A model generated the notes under the pieces. The model was not told the DNA's origin. It saw only the letters and a program-made list of their open reading frames with translations, and ran no database searches. Positions 38,254-48,613 of a DNA stretch of 64,000 bases are shown here, one piece after another. The stretch is from Spirochaetia bacterium (GTDB lineage Bacteria; Spirochaetota; Spirochaetia; CADAEX01). The stretch lies in contig OY759746.1 in the NCBI GenBank assembly GCA_963662795.1, positions 1,760,001 to 1,824,000 on the forward strand, given 5' to 3'. The position numbers and the translations under genes are program-made. Numbering within the stretch: the first letter of the stretch is position 1; every line of letters starts with the position of its first letter.

Positions 38254-39576
38254 ATGGAGAAGAAAATGAATATCAGATACTGGAACCGCGAACTCGAGAC
38301 AATAGACAGAAGCAGTCTTGAAAAATATCAGCTTGAGAATTTAAGGGAAACTGTCTCATGGGCCCTTAAGACCCCGTTTTATAAAAAGCGCCTCGGGGAA
38401 GTGGGGATCAACTTTTCCGATGACATAAAAAAGCTTTCTGATATTAAAAAAATACCTTTTACAACAAAGGACGATCTGCGCTCCTCCTATCCCTACGGAC
38501 TTCTTGCACTGCCCAAAGAGGAAGTTGTAAGGCTTCATGCCTCAAGCGGCACGACCGGAACGCCAACCGTTATCTACCACAGCCAGAGGGATCTTGACAG
38601 ATGGACCGGGCTTGTATCAAGGTCGGTTACGATGATCGGTTGCGGCAAAGGGGACGTGTTCCAGAACATGATGACATACGGTCTGTTTACAGGGGGAATA
38701 GGGCTGCATTACGGGGCTGAGAAAGCCGGGCTTCTTGTTATCCCTGTAAGCTCGGGAAACACGAAGCGGCAGTTTAAATTCATGAAAGATTTTCAGACAA
38801 CCTTTGTTCACGCGACTCCGAGCTATATGCTTCATCTCTATTCAAAACTTGAAGAGGAAGGCTATAAACTGTCGGATTTTAATCTTAAAAAATCTATGGG
38901 CGGCGCCGAACCGCATTCGGAGGATATGAGAAAAAAAATTGAATCCCTTTTCAATATAGATATGTACAACAACTACGGCTTAAGTGAGATGAACGGTCCG
39001 TGTGTTGCGACCGAATGCGTTTACAAGGATGATATGCATGTCTGGGAAGATTCATTTTATCTTGAGATGATAAACCCGGACACTCTTGAAGAATCCGGAG
39101 AAGGGGAGAGCGGAGAACTTGTTATTTCAACACTGAGAAGACAGGCTACCCCGCTTTTAAGGTACAGGACTAGAGACCTTTCTGTCATAAATCCCGAACC
39201 CTGCAGATGCGGCAGAACACACCGGAGGATCTCCCGTATCAAGGGGAGGACCGATGATATGCTTATAATTAACGGTGTAAATGTATTCCCTTCCCAGATC
39301 GAGGAAATTATAATGAAGATGCCGGAAATAGGAACAAACTATCTGATTGCCATTGAAAAATCCGGGGCTCTTGACAAACTGACTGTAAAAACTGAAGTAG
39401 GTCCAAACATATTCAGCGATGATGCGCGTGATTTGAATGCCCTCAGACACAGAATCAAGGATAACATCAAGGCTGCCATATCAATTTCTCCCAATGTCGA
39501 GCTTCATGAACCCGGAATTCTCCCTGTTCATGAGGGAAAGGCCAAAAGAGTGATTGATGACAGAAAAAATAATTAA
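38254..39576 (+). CDS. paaK: Phenylacetate--CoA ligase family
   Basis: PFTTKDDLR, HASSGTTG, YGLFTGG, YGLSEM, RYRTRD, GRTDDMLIINGVNVFPSQIE and GKAKRVID. Confidence 0.92.
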   Translation: MEKKMNIRYWNRELETIDRSSLEKYQLENLRETVSWALKTPFYKKRLGEVGINFSDDIKKLSDIKKIPFTTKDDLRSSYPYGLLALPKEEVVRLHASSGTTGTPTVIYHSQRDLDRWTGLVSRSVTMIGCGKGDVFQNMMTYGLFTGGIGLHYGAEKAGLLVIPVSSGNTKRQFKFMKDFQTTFVHATPSYMLHLYSKLEEEGYKLSDFNLKKSMGGAEPHSEDMRKKIESLFNIDMYNNYGLSEMNGPCVATECVYKDDMHVWEDSFYLEMINPDTLEESGEGESGELVISTLRRQATPLLRYRTRDLSVINPEPCRCGRTHRRISRIKGRTDDMLIINGVNVFPSQIEEIIMKMPEIGTNYLIAIEKSGALDKLTVKTEVGPNIFSDDARDLNALRHRIKDNIKAAISISPNVELHEPGILPVHEGKAKRVIDDRKNN

Positions 39577-39616
39577 TATAAACTGATTTTTTAACCGAAG
39601 TTAATTCAGGAACACC

Positions 39617-41077
39617 ATGAAGCCAGACAGTGCCAGAACAATTCTTCTTAAAGAATGTACAACTTTTGATAAAAACGGTTTTGATACTGACATTAATCTA
39701 TATGTTTCTCTTATCGGGGATAAAAAATACCGGCAGGCCGCCTGGGTGTATGAAAAGCGCCTGATTCCGCGGTATCCGGATGAGTATACACGGATAAGGA
39801 TAATCAGGTACTACAGAAAAAATGATCCTCGTTTTGCTGAAATATATGCGGATGCTGTCCGTGAAATCCTGGAAAGGATAATAAGCTCTGTAAAAAAACT
39901 TGTCTCCCATCTGTCTGCCCTGTTCGAAGGGCAGAACAGCGACCCGGTGGATCTGCTCAAAAAAATAGAAATTGCCCTTCGTATTATACCCCGTGGAAAA
40001 GACGAGGGGATTGCATTTCTCGAGAAACTGGAAACCTATACAGTGCTTCTTGATTATATGACTGAAAAGTTCAGTGCAGCTTCAGATATCCTGAAACGCT
40101 ATTTCGATAACACGCTGTTTGTAAAGGTCGAGATAAAAAAAGAAAAGAATCTGACAGCCGGTACAGCCTCAGATTCTTCTTCAGCAGGCCGCACAGAGGC
40201 CCGGCAGCTGCGGAAAAAGATAACAATAGATCTTGATAAAATAGAATTTTCAGAATCGGAACTGGCGTTGATATGCATTGACAGCCGCGTCAAAAACAGA
40301 TCGTACCAGGTGCTTTCATACTGCCGGCTTTACTGGAGACATATCTTTAATCAGGATTTTGAGAAAAAGATTTTTCTGTATTCAAAAAAATACAGCACAA
40401 TCCATTACCGGATTTTTCAGATAATAAAAAACTGCCGCGTAAAAAGGATCGGCGACGATGTAATTCTGCTTGAGATTTACAGCCTGCTTTCAAACGGATA
40501 TCAGTACAGCCTTAAAGAAGACATGATGATGCAGGCCCTTTGGCGAAAAATAAAACCGGCGGACGCTTCGCAGATCAGGACAGGGAAATCAGTCCGGGAA
40601 GCTGAAAAATCTTCACCGGAAAAATTACCTGAAAAAAACAGAAGCGGTAAAAATGAAAAAAAGAAAATTCCTTCCGCTAAAAATAAAAAGCATCTGCGGC
40701 TGATAGAAAGAATGAATTACGGCCAGCGGCCTGACGCAGCAATTATGTCCCTTAAGGAAAAACTTGACCTGCTTAGCTCAGCCGATTCATTTAACGCGCA
40801 TGAGGAATTTAAAGCCCTTCTTCCAAAATATATCGAGCGGTATCTCCTTCGGCACAGGAAAAAAGATTCAGGCAGGGATCCCTATATTCTTAAAGGGGCG
40901 CTTTACGTTATTTCCAATTATATAGCTGATAATTATTCTGATGGATCAGCAACCGGCGAATGGAAAAACAGTATTGCCAAAACAGAAGTTACCAATATGG
41001 GTTTTATTGTTCCGGAAATTACCACAATAATCACCATGTGCCTTGAAGAGGTAAGAATGAGGCGGGCTGTAGCGTAA
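39617..41077 (+). CDS. Hypothetical protein (486 aa, soluble, basic)
   Basis: Long ORF with SD AGGA; no motif recognised. Confidence 0.75.
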   Translation: MKPDSARTILLKECTTFDKNGFDTDINLYVSLIGDKKYRQAAWVYEKRLIPRYPDEYTRIRIIRYYRKNDPRFAEIYADAVREILERIISSVKKLVSHLSALFEGQNSDPVDLLKKIEIALRIIPRGKDEGIAFLEKLETYTVLLDYMTEKFSAASDILKRYFDNTLFVKVEIKKEKNLTAGTASDSSSAGRTEARQLRKKITIDLDKIEFSESELALICIDSRVKNRSYQVLSYCRLYWRHIFNQDFEKKIFLYSKKYSTIHYRIFQIIKNCRVKRIGDDVILLEIYSLLSNGYQYSLKEDMMMQALWRKIKPADASQIRTGKSVREAEKSSPEKLPEKNRSGKNEKKKIPSAKNKKHLRLIERMNYGQRPDAAIMSLKEKLDLLSSADSFNAHEEFKALLPKYIERYLLRHRKKDSGRDPYILKGALYVISNYIADNYSDGSATGEWKNSIAKTEVTNMGFIVPEITTIITMCLEEVRMRRAVA

Positions 41078-41198
41078 AGAAAGCCCCCTTCCAGATTAAC
41101 AGAAGAGGGCGGGGGGGAGGTATTGAAGGACCTCAGCTAACGCCTGAGCCCTTCGGCAGATTTAAAACCTTCCGGTCTGTTTATCTGCTGTAATTGCA

Positions 41199-42707
41199 TT
41201 ATTTCAGGAGACCTATCATAACAGAACTTCCCTGTCTGTTAATCTGGAAAATCTTCCTGTTTGATCCCTGTTTGTTGAGAACTGAATAAAAAGACCCGAT
41301 ATCCGTAACAGGTATTTCGTTTATTTCCTCGATTATGTCTCCGGGTTTTATTCCGGCTATTGCTGCGGATGAATCTTCAATTACTGAAACTATTACCACG
41401 CCCTTGACAGATGCCTCAGCTTTGATTTCCTTTCTTATGTCATCAGTCAGTGTCGTTACAATAAGTCCCGGCCAAAGGTCCCTGTTCTTCTGTATTTCAG
41501 TTTCATCGGCCCTCTTTTCAATTTTGACATTGACTGTCATCATTTTTTTATCTCTTATAAGCCTGAAAATAGAGGTTGTTCCAGGGGAAAGTCTTCCAAC
41601 AATCTGTGTAAGATGGGATGAGCTGTCGATGCTTACGTTATCAACTTCTGTAATATAGTCGCCGGGCATGAGGCCTGATTTGTCAGCCGGAGATTTTTTG
41701 AAAAGGTTAAATACAATGGCGCCTTTTTTATCACCGAGTCCCAGGTTTTTTCTTAACTCTTCAGATGACGGATCGTTAAGGTCGCCGATGCTTACCCCCA
41801 GCCATCCGTAGACAACCCGGCCTGTCGAAATAAAATCTTCTATTGCTTTTTTCGAGTTGTTTATAGGAATTGCAAAACCTACTCCGACACTTCCTCCTGA
41901 TTGGGAAGCTATCCAGGTATTGATGCCTACTATTTCACCTTTCATGTTGACAAGAGCGCCTCCTGAATTGCCGGGGTTTATTGATGCGTCTGTCTGAATA
42001 TAATCAGTAAACCCTGAAATCTGGGAATTATCCATGCTTTTTCTCCCCAGTGCGCTTACAATACCCATTGTGACAGTTGACTCAAATCCGAATGGGTTTC
42101 CTACCGCGAGGACAATATCTCCGACAAAAAGATCGTCAGAGTTTCCGAGGACCGCAACAGGAACTTTTTCCGATGTTTCAAACATTACAAGCGCAAGGTC
42201 AGTGCGGGGATCGTTTCCGATGATTTTAGCATCGTATTCCCTTCCGTCGTTAAGCTTTACCTTGATTTCGTTGGCGTTCCCGGCAACGTGATTGTTGGTG
42301 AGAACATAAATCTTTTTTCCGTCCTGTTTGACAATGACGCCTGACCCCAGGCCCGGCTGCCTGTATTCCCTTTTCTGTCCCTGCGGGTTCTGCTGTCCCG
42401 GCTGGTTCGGCTGGTTTCTGAAGAAGAAATCAAAAGGATTTGAGAAATTCGGGATAGTCTGCTCTACTACTTCTACCGTGTTTATTTCTACAACAACAGG
42501 AAGCACCTTTTGGGCCACACCGTTAAATGAATAAAAAACCTGTTCCGCTGAATCAGGAACTGTTCTTTCTTCCGTTTGGGACATTGTGCTCTGGACAGTA
42601 CCTGCAGTTTCTTTTGATGGCGAAGAAAAGATGCATTGTGAAAACAATAGCAGCAGTAATACAGTGAAAAGGATTATAATCCCTTTGGTTTTTCTATTTT
42701 GTATCAT
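41199..42707 (-). CDS. degP: HtrA/DegP (Do family) serine protease with two PDZ domains
   Basis: GLGSGV, LTNNHV, TDLAL, IQTDASINPGNSGG, GWLGV and two PDZ-like repeats. Confidence 0.93.
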   Translation of the reverse strand: MIQNRKTKGIIILFTVLLLLLFSQCIFSSPSKETAGTVQSTMSQTEERTVPDSAEQVFYSFNGVAQKVLPVVVEINTVEVVEQTIPNFSNPFDFFFRNQPNQPGQQNPQGQKREYRQPGLGSGVIVKQDGKKIYVLTNNHVAGNANEIKVKLNDGREYDAKIIGNDPRTDLALVMFETSEKVPVAVLGNSDDLFVGDIVLAVGNPFGFESTVTMGIVSALGRKSMDNSQISGFTDYIQTDASINPGNSGGALVNMKGEIVGINTWIASQSGGSVGVGFAIPINNSKKAIEDFISTGRVVYGWLGVSIGDLNDPSSEELRKNLGLGDKKGAIVFNLFKKSPADKSGLMPGDYITEVDNVSIDSSSHLTQIVGRLSPGTTSIFRLIRDKKMMTVNVKIEKRADETEIQKNRDLWPGLIVTTLTDDIRKEIKAEASVKGVVIVSVIEDSSAAIAGIKPGDIIEEINEIPVTDIGSFYSVLNKQGSNRKIFQINRQGSSVMIGLLK

Positions 42708-42932
42708 GATAAAACTCCTTTAACTGGTATTTTTAATTTCAATTGATTTTCCTTTTGCTAAAAATATACAAACACTGAAGAAAGTAGTCTAATGAATATT
42801 TAGTTACAATTTTAAACAAAATGTTATAACTGGGTTTATAAAGTATTTATGGATTTCCGGCTCTTAAAAAGTTATTTTATGATGTAAATTATGATAATGT
42901 CATTATACATTAAAAAATCAGGAGCAATAGCG

Positions 42933-44273
42933 TTGTATAAAATGATCAGCATTAAAAATATATTTTTAATGGGTTTAATATTTCCGCTTATGATGTTTCA
43001 GGCAGGAAGGCTGAACGCGCAGGCGCAGATCAGGGTAATAAGTGTGGAAAAAGCGGTAGAGATGGCACTTGATGAGAATCTCTCTCTTAAAGCAGAGAAA
43101 TACTCCCTTTCTGAAAAAAAGCGAAGCAGGGATACAAGATGGAATGCTCTTGCCCCGGATTTCAGCCTTTCTTCAGCTTTGGCCAAAAAAAATGAAAAAC
43201 CGGTATTAGGGGATTATCACTGGGATTTATCCTGGCAGTTTTCAGCCCAGCTTGCCCTCTCAGCATCTCTTGCAGACGGAATCAGGTATCTGTCCCGGAA
43301 TTATGAGGCAGGTTTGATCAGCTATGAGGATGCTAAAAACCAGCTGAAAAGGGATGTGAAAAAATCATTTTACTCGCTTCTTGTCCTTGAAGAGAGCCTT
43401 AAGCTTCTTGAGAATAATATAAAAACTGCAGAAAAAAGTTACCGTCAGGCAGATATAAATTATAATAACGGACTTGTTTCCGAACTTGATAAGCTTCAGG
43501 CACAGGTAACGCTTGAGAGCCTCCGCCCCGATTATGTTGAGGCTTTAAATAACTATAACATGAGTATCCTTAATTTCAAGGAGATGATAGGGCTTGAAAA
43601 TGAAGATGAAATAAAACTTGAGGGAGTTATTGAACCGGGGCATTATGTTATAGATACAAATGAGCTTATTTTTACTTCCCTCACAGAGAGGTTTGATATT
43701 CAGGAGCTGGTTTATCAGATCAAACTTCTTGAAACTGATCTCTCTTCATCAAGGAACAGCCGTTTTCCGGCGCTGGTTCTGGGATATACGAAAAATATGC
43801 TTTTCGCCGACGATCCGCTGAAAGACAGAATAATCGGTTCGCCGGAAGAAAGCTGGACAGATGCAGGAGCTTTTTCAATATCGCTGTCGCTTGATATTGA
43901 CAGCCTAATTCCGGGGCTTTCAAAAGATACGGAAATAAAAAATAAAAAGGACAGAATCCGCCAGGCGGAATCAAGGCTTTCACAGGCGCTAAGAAAAGCT
44001 GATATAGATATAAGGACAATTGTAATGAATATCGGAAAGTCTGTAAAAAAAATAGAATCACTTGAATATAATGAAAAGCTTGCCAAACGGAGTTACGAAC
44101 TTTCTTCAGAAGGGTATAACGCCGGAACAGTCGAGCTCCTTAAACTTGAAAACTCAATGAACCAGCTTCAGGCCGCGAGGCTGAAGCTGGCTGAAGAACG
44201 CTATAATTACCAGGCCGCTCTTCTTGATCTTGAATATGCTGTTAATAAATCGCTGGAGGATTTGAATGGATAA
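42933..44273 (+). CDS. TolC family outer membrane efflux protein (start probably TTG 42933)
   Basis: Signal peptide, AVEMALDEN, two OEP repeats (YNNGLVSELD, YNAGTVELL); SD AGGAG at 42920. Confidence 0.85.
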   Translation: MYKMISIKNIFLMGLIFPLMMFQAGRLNAQAQIRVISVEKAVEMALDENLSLKAEKYSLSEKKRSRDTRWNALAPDFSLSSALAKKNEKPVLGDYHWDLSWQFSAQLALSASLADGIRYLSRNYEAGLISYEDAKNQLKRDVKKSFYSLLVLEESLKLLENNIKTAEKSYRQADINYNNGLVSELDKLQAQVTLESLRPDYVEALNNYNMSILNFKEMIGLENEDEIKLEGVIEPGHYVIDTNELIFTSLTERFDIQELVYQIKLLETDLSSSRNSRFPALVLGYTKNMLFADDPLKDRIIGSPEESWTDAGAFSISLSLDIDSLIPGLSKDTEIKNKKDRIRQAESRLSQALRKADIDIRTIVMNIGKSVKKIESLEYNEKLAKRSYELSSEGYNAGTVELLKLENSMNQLQAARLKLAEERYNYQAALLDLEYAVNKSLEDLNG

Positions 44274-45192
44274 AAAAACAAAAATAAAAATTGCTGTAAC
44301 TGCATCTGTTATAATTCTTGTACTTGCGGCATTAGCAGTTTTTAACAGAATAGGTCAGGATAAAAAAACGGCAGGGAATAAACCGGGCTCACCTGAGGCG
44401 GCAGTATTTACTGTAGAGACATCTATTGCAGGCAGAGGCGACATAACAGACTACATAAGAATAAACGGCGATGTTAAGGCTGTGCGCAGCATTGATATAT
44501 ATCCGGATACAGCCGGAAAACTCAAGGTACTTAATGTTTCAATCGGAAGTTATGTTAAAAACAATCAGGTTATAGCTGAGATCGACCCTTCAAAACCGGG
44601 TCTTTCATATGCCTTCAGCCCTGTCAGATCAACCATAAACGGTACAGTAACGGCAATTTCCTATGAAGCCGGGGCAACCGTATCTGTTTCAACGCCTGTT
44701 GCGACAATAGGAGACCTTTCCATGCTGCAGATTGAAGCAGAAATTGCGGAACCGGATATTGCCAAAATAAAAATGGGCACAAAAGGTGAAGTGCTGTTTG
44801 CGGCATGGCCGGAAAAAAAATATGAGGCCCATATAGTCGAAATAAGCCCTGTTGTAAACAGCATAACAAGAACCATGGGAATAAAGCTTGAGTTTGATAA
44901 AAATTATCCTGAAATCAAGGCAGGGATGTTTGCATCTGTAAAACTGCTTACCGAAACGAGGAAAAATGTCATTTTTATCCCTTCTGAAACAATTGTAACG
45001 AGAGGGGGATATAAAAATGTGTTTTCAGCATCGGGAGGAAAGGCTGTAATGAACAGGGTTGAAACTGGAATTACTGTTGACGGCTTTACAGAGATATTGT
45101 CAGGAATTTCAGAAGGGGAGGAAATTATTACAAGAGGGCAGAACCTCCTTGATGACGGTGTCGACATAAACATCCTGGGCAGGAGCAGCTGA
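44266..45192 (+). CDS. RND efflux periplasmic adaptor (membrane fusion protein)
   Basis: N-terminal TM, lipoyl half-motifs, ISPVVNSITRT, GMFASV and GEEIITRGQ. Confidence 0.9.
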   Translation: MDKKTKIKIAVTASVIILVLAALAVFNRIGQDKKTAGNKPGSPEAAVFTVETSIAGRGDITDYIRINGDVKAVRSIDIYPDTAGKLKVLNVSIGSYVKNNQVIAEIDPSKPGLSYAFSPVRSTINGTVTAISYEAGATVSVSTPVATIGDLSMLQIEAEIAEPDIAKIKMGTKGEVLFAAWPEKKYEAHIVEISPVVNSITRTMGIKLEFDKNYPEIKAGMFASVKLLTETRKNVIFIPSETIVTRGGYKNVFSASGGKAVMNRVETGITVDGFTEILSGISEGEEIITRGQNLLDDGVDINILGRSS

Positions 45193-45194
45193 TT

Positions 45195-48100
45195 ATGACA
45201 CTCTCCAAACTTGCCGTCTCAAGACCAGTTACAATAATTGTTATTTTTTCACTTGTAGTAGGACTCGGCCTTTTTCTTCTTCCGGGAATTCCGATAGATC
45301 TTTACCCCAATTTCAATCCGCCGGTTCTTGTTGTAATTACCACCTATTCAGGCGCCGGTCCTGAAGATATAGAAAAAAATGTCACAAGAATCCTTGAGGG
45401 CAACCTTTCCAATGTGGCGGATCTAAAAGAGATTACCTCTACTTCCTCGGAAGGGAGCAGCCTGATCCTGCTTGAGTTTGACTGGAGCAAGGATATGACA
45501 GAGGCGGCCAACGATATAAGGGACAGGCTTGAATTCGCCAAATCATTCATGCCGGATGACGCGGAAACCCCGGTCCTCTACAAATTTGACCCTTCAATGA
45601 TACCTATCCTTTTTCTTACGGTTGAGGGATCAAGAAGCCCTGAAGAGCTAAAGAGTATCGCTGAAGATATTATCCAGCCGAGGATTGAACAGGTACAGGG
45701 CGTCGCCCTTACAAGGGTTAACGGCGGCCGCGATAAAATAATAAGGGCAGCAGTTTCAAAAAACAGGCTGGAAGCCTATTCCCTTACAATTTCAGAGATT
45801 GCAAAGGCGATTTCTTCCCAGAACATTGATGTAGGGGGAGGCAGTGTTTCTTCGGGTTCCTATAATTTCATTGTAAGGAGCAAAGGGGAATTTAAAAAAA
45901 TTGAAGAAATTGAAAACACTGTTGTTGCATACAGGTCCGCATCTTCCGGAGCTTCTCCATCCGCGATAAAACTGAAAGATATTGCTGATGTATCGTACAG
46001 CCTTGAGGATGAAACCCAGGCTGTATTTATAAACGGTAAACCTGGTATTTATGTAATAGTGCAGAAACAGAGCGGGGCGAATTCTGTTAAAACAGCTGAA
46101 AACGTACTTGAAAAAATGAAGGAACTCAACAGGGAACTTCCGAAAGGAGTTAAGCTGAGCATCCTCAGGGACACTACTACAATTATCAAGGATTCAATCA
46201 GCCAGGTAAGCCGTTCCGCTCTCACGGGAGCTCTTTTCGCAATGGCAGTTCTCCTCTTTTTTCTCCGTACTGTTAAAAGTACGCTTGTCATAGGGGTATC
46301 AATCCCGATTTCGTTATTGATTACATTGATGGGTATGTATTTTTCCGGGATAACAATAAATATTCTTTCTCTTGCCGGGCTCACGCTGGGTGTCGGAATG
46401 ATTGTGGATTCATCCATTGTAATCCTTGAAAATATTTATAGATACCGCGAGAAGGGGGCACAGCTTAAAGTTTCGGCAATACTCGGAAGCGAAGAAATGA
46501 AAGGCGCGATCACAGCCTCTACCCTGACAACAATATGTGTTTTTATTCCGGTAGTCATGTTCAGGTCAGATCTTGGTTTTCTTGGAATAATGTTCAGCGA
46601 TCTTTCATTTACTGTCGTTGTTGCCCTTGTAGCCTCGCTTATAGTCGCTCTTGTCCTGGTCCCTGTTCTTTCCAGCAGATATTTAAAGATTTACACCAAA
46701 AAACAGAAACCGGTAAAAAATCCTCTTCTTGCATCAATAGACAGGGCATCGGAAAATTTCTTCCTGAGCCTTGAAAAAATATACAGGAAAGTCCTCAATA
46801 TTGTCCTTAAAAGGCGTAAAACCACAATCGGCGTTGTAACAGGAATATTCATTCTTTCCATTGCGATGCTGCCTCTTGCCGGGCTTGAATTATCGCCAAT
46901 GGCAAGTGATGACGAGGTTACACTTTCTGTGGAACTTCCGGTCGGCAGTAATCTTGAGACAACAAAAGAGATAATTAACCGTCTCGAAAAAATTGCAGTA
47001 TCGGAAATCAGCGGGTATGAAGAGATCATAAAAACATCAGGGTCAGCCTCGGGATTTTTTTCCGCCGCAGATTCATACAAAGGGGAATTATATATCAGTC
47101 TTCCCCCTTTCAAAAACAGGAAAGACAGTTCCGATGATGTAAAAAGAAAACTGCGCGCCCATTTTTCAGAATTCCCCGGTGTTGTTTTCAGGTTTACAGC
47201 CGGCAGGCAGGGCCCGAGTAACCCTGATCCTATTGACATTCTCATTAAATCAGATGACCTCGAACTTGCCACCGCTACGGCGGAAGCCATAAAGGCCCTG
47301 ATTGAAAAAAACGTTCCTGAAGCAAAAGAACCTGATACAGACATAAAGGACAGCCTTCCGGAGGTGGAGATCAGATTTGACAGGGAAAAAATGTATGAAC
47401 TTGGGCTGTCGGCTGCTGCAGTTGGAAACGAAGTTAAAGCGGCTGTTAACGGAATAAGGCCGACAAAATACAGGGCCGGAGATGAAGAGCTTGATGTGCT
47501 TGTAATACTCAGGGAATCCGACCGCAGGGAGCTTCCTGACCTTAAAACAATCTATGTTACAAGTACAAGAGGCGAATATATTTCGGTTTCAAGTTTTGCC
47601 ACCCTTGAGACAGGGACAGGCCCTGTGGATATAAAGAGGGTTGACCAGACCCGTGTTATTCATGTCAAGGCAGGTGTAGAAAAAGGGGCAAAGCTTAATG
47701 TTGTTGAAAAGAAAATTGAAGAGCTTATCCGCACCAACATAATCCCGGATGATGCAGTTGCCATAGAGTATTCAGGTGATTACGGAGACCTGATGGATTA
47801 CGGGAAAAAATTCCTTGCAATCATGATTCTTGCCCTTTTCCTTGTTTACGGTGTAATGGCAAGCCAGTTCGAGTCGTTCAAAGACCCGTTCATAATGTTT
47901 CTTACAGTACCTCTTATGCTGATAGGGGTTGTTCTTATTCACCTGATTGTCGCAAAACCGTTCAGTCTTTTTACCGCTGTCGGGGTCGTAATGCTGGCAG
48001 GTATTGTAGTCAATAACGGTATTGTTCTTGTCGACTACACAAACCTTCTTGTAAACAGGGGGTACACCCTGTTTACAGCGTGCGTTGAAGCCGGCGTGAG

Positions 48101-48308
48101 CAGGTTAAGGCCGATCCTGATGACAACGCTTACAACAATACTCGGGATGGTCCCGCTTGCTTTTTTCCCGGGCGAAGGATCCGAGCTGGTGCAGCCCATA
48201 GGACAGACAGTAATCGGGGGGCTGGCTACAAGCACAATTATTACCCTGGTGTTCATTCCTGTGATGTATTTTGTTTTCAATAAAAAACGGATGGAGGGAC
48301 GGCTGTGA
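45195..48308 (+). CDS. RND efflux permease (AcrB/MdtB/SwrC-like)
   Basis: GAGPEDIE, GMIVDSSIVILENI, ASTLTT, SQFES, GIVVNNGIVLVD and RLRPILMTT. Confidence 0.95.
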   Translation: MTLSKLAVSRPVTIIVIFSLVVGLGLFLLPGIPIDLYPNFNPPVLVVITTYSGAGPEDIEKNVTRILEGNLSNVADLKEITSTSSEGSSLILLEFDWSKDMTEAANDIRDRLEFAKSFMPDDAETPVLYKFDPSMIPILFLTVEGSRSPEELKSIAEDIIQPRIEQVQGVALTRVNGGRDKIIRAAVSKNRLEAYSLTISEIAKAISSQNIDVGGGSVSSGSYNFIVRSKGEFKKIEEIENTVVAYRSASSGASPSAIKLKDIADVSYSLEDETQAVFINGKPGIYVIVQKQSGANSVKTAENVLEKMKELNRELPKGVKLSILRDTTTIIKDSISQVSRSALTGALFAMAVLLFFLRTVKSTLVIGVSIPISLLITLMGMYFSGITINILSLAGLTLGVGMIVDSSIVILENIYRYREKGAQLKVSAILGSEEMKGAITASTLTTICVFIPVVMFRSDLGFLGIMFSDLSFTVVVALVASLIVALVLVPVLSSRYLKIYTKKQKPVKNPLLASIDRASENFFLSLEKIYRKVLNIVLKRRKTTIGVVTGIFILSIAMLPLAGLELSPMASDDEVTLSVELPVGSNLETTKEIINRLEKIAVSEISGYEEIIKTSGSASGFFSAADSYKGELYISLPPFKNRKDSSDDVKRKLRAHFSEFPGVVFRFTAGRQGPSNPDPIDILIKSDDLELATATAEAIKALIEKNVPEAKEPDTDIKDSLPEVEIRFDREKMYELGLSAAAVGNEVKAAVNGIRPTKYRAGDEELDVLVILRESDRRELPDLKTIYVTSTRGEYISVSSFATLETGTGPVDIKRVDQTRVIHVKAGVEKGAKLNVVEKKIEELIRTNIIPDDAVAIEYSGDYGDLMDYGKKFLAIMILALFLVYGVMASQFESFKDPFIMFLTVPLMLIGVVLIHLIVAKPFSLFTAVGVVMLAGIVVNNGIVLVDYTNLLVNRGYTLFTACVEAGVSRLRPILMTTLTTILGMVPLAFFPGEGSELVQPIGQTVIGGLATSTIITLVFIPVMYFVFNKKRMEGRL

Positions 48309-48589
48309 AAAGAATTGAGATAATCGCAAACCATTCGGTTGAGGATTACATAATGGAAATACTTGAAAAGTCGGGTATTACAGCCTACACGAAGATTCCT
48401 GTTGTACATGGAAAGGGAAATACGAATCCCAAAATGGGTACAAGCGTATGGCCGGAAGATAATTTTATGCTCATAATATATACTGATGAGGGGGAAGCCG
48501 GAAAACTTAAAAGCCTCATCATGGACTTAAAGCAGAAATTTACCGATGAGGGGATTAAGTATTTTGAAGTCGGGTGCCTGCCCGGATAA
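48305..48589 (+). CDS. PII-like (GlnB-fold) transporter-associated small protein
   Basis: 94 aa; MKRIEII and AYTKIPVVHGKG resemble the PII T-loop start. GTGA overlap with the RND stop codon. Confidence 0.75.
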   Translation: MKRIEIIANHSVEDYIMEILEKSGITAYTKIPVVHGKGNTNPKMGTSVWPEDNFMLIIYTDEGEAGKLKSLIMDLKQKFTDEGIKYFEVGCLPG

Positions 48590-48613
48590 TAAGGTGTCAT
48601 AAAGGTGTTATAG

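Noticed and set aside
42720-42900. OmpR/CpxR-type direct repeats between degP and the RND operon
   Set aside because: Candidate repeats are too degenerate to separate from AT-rich background by eye.
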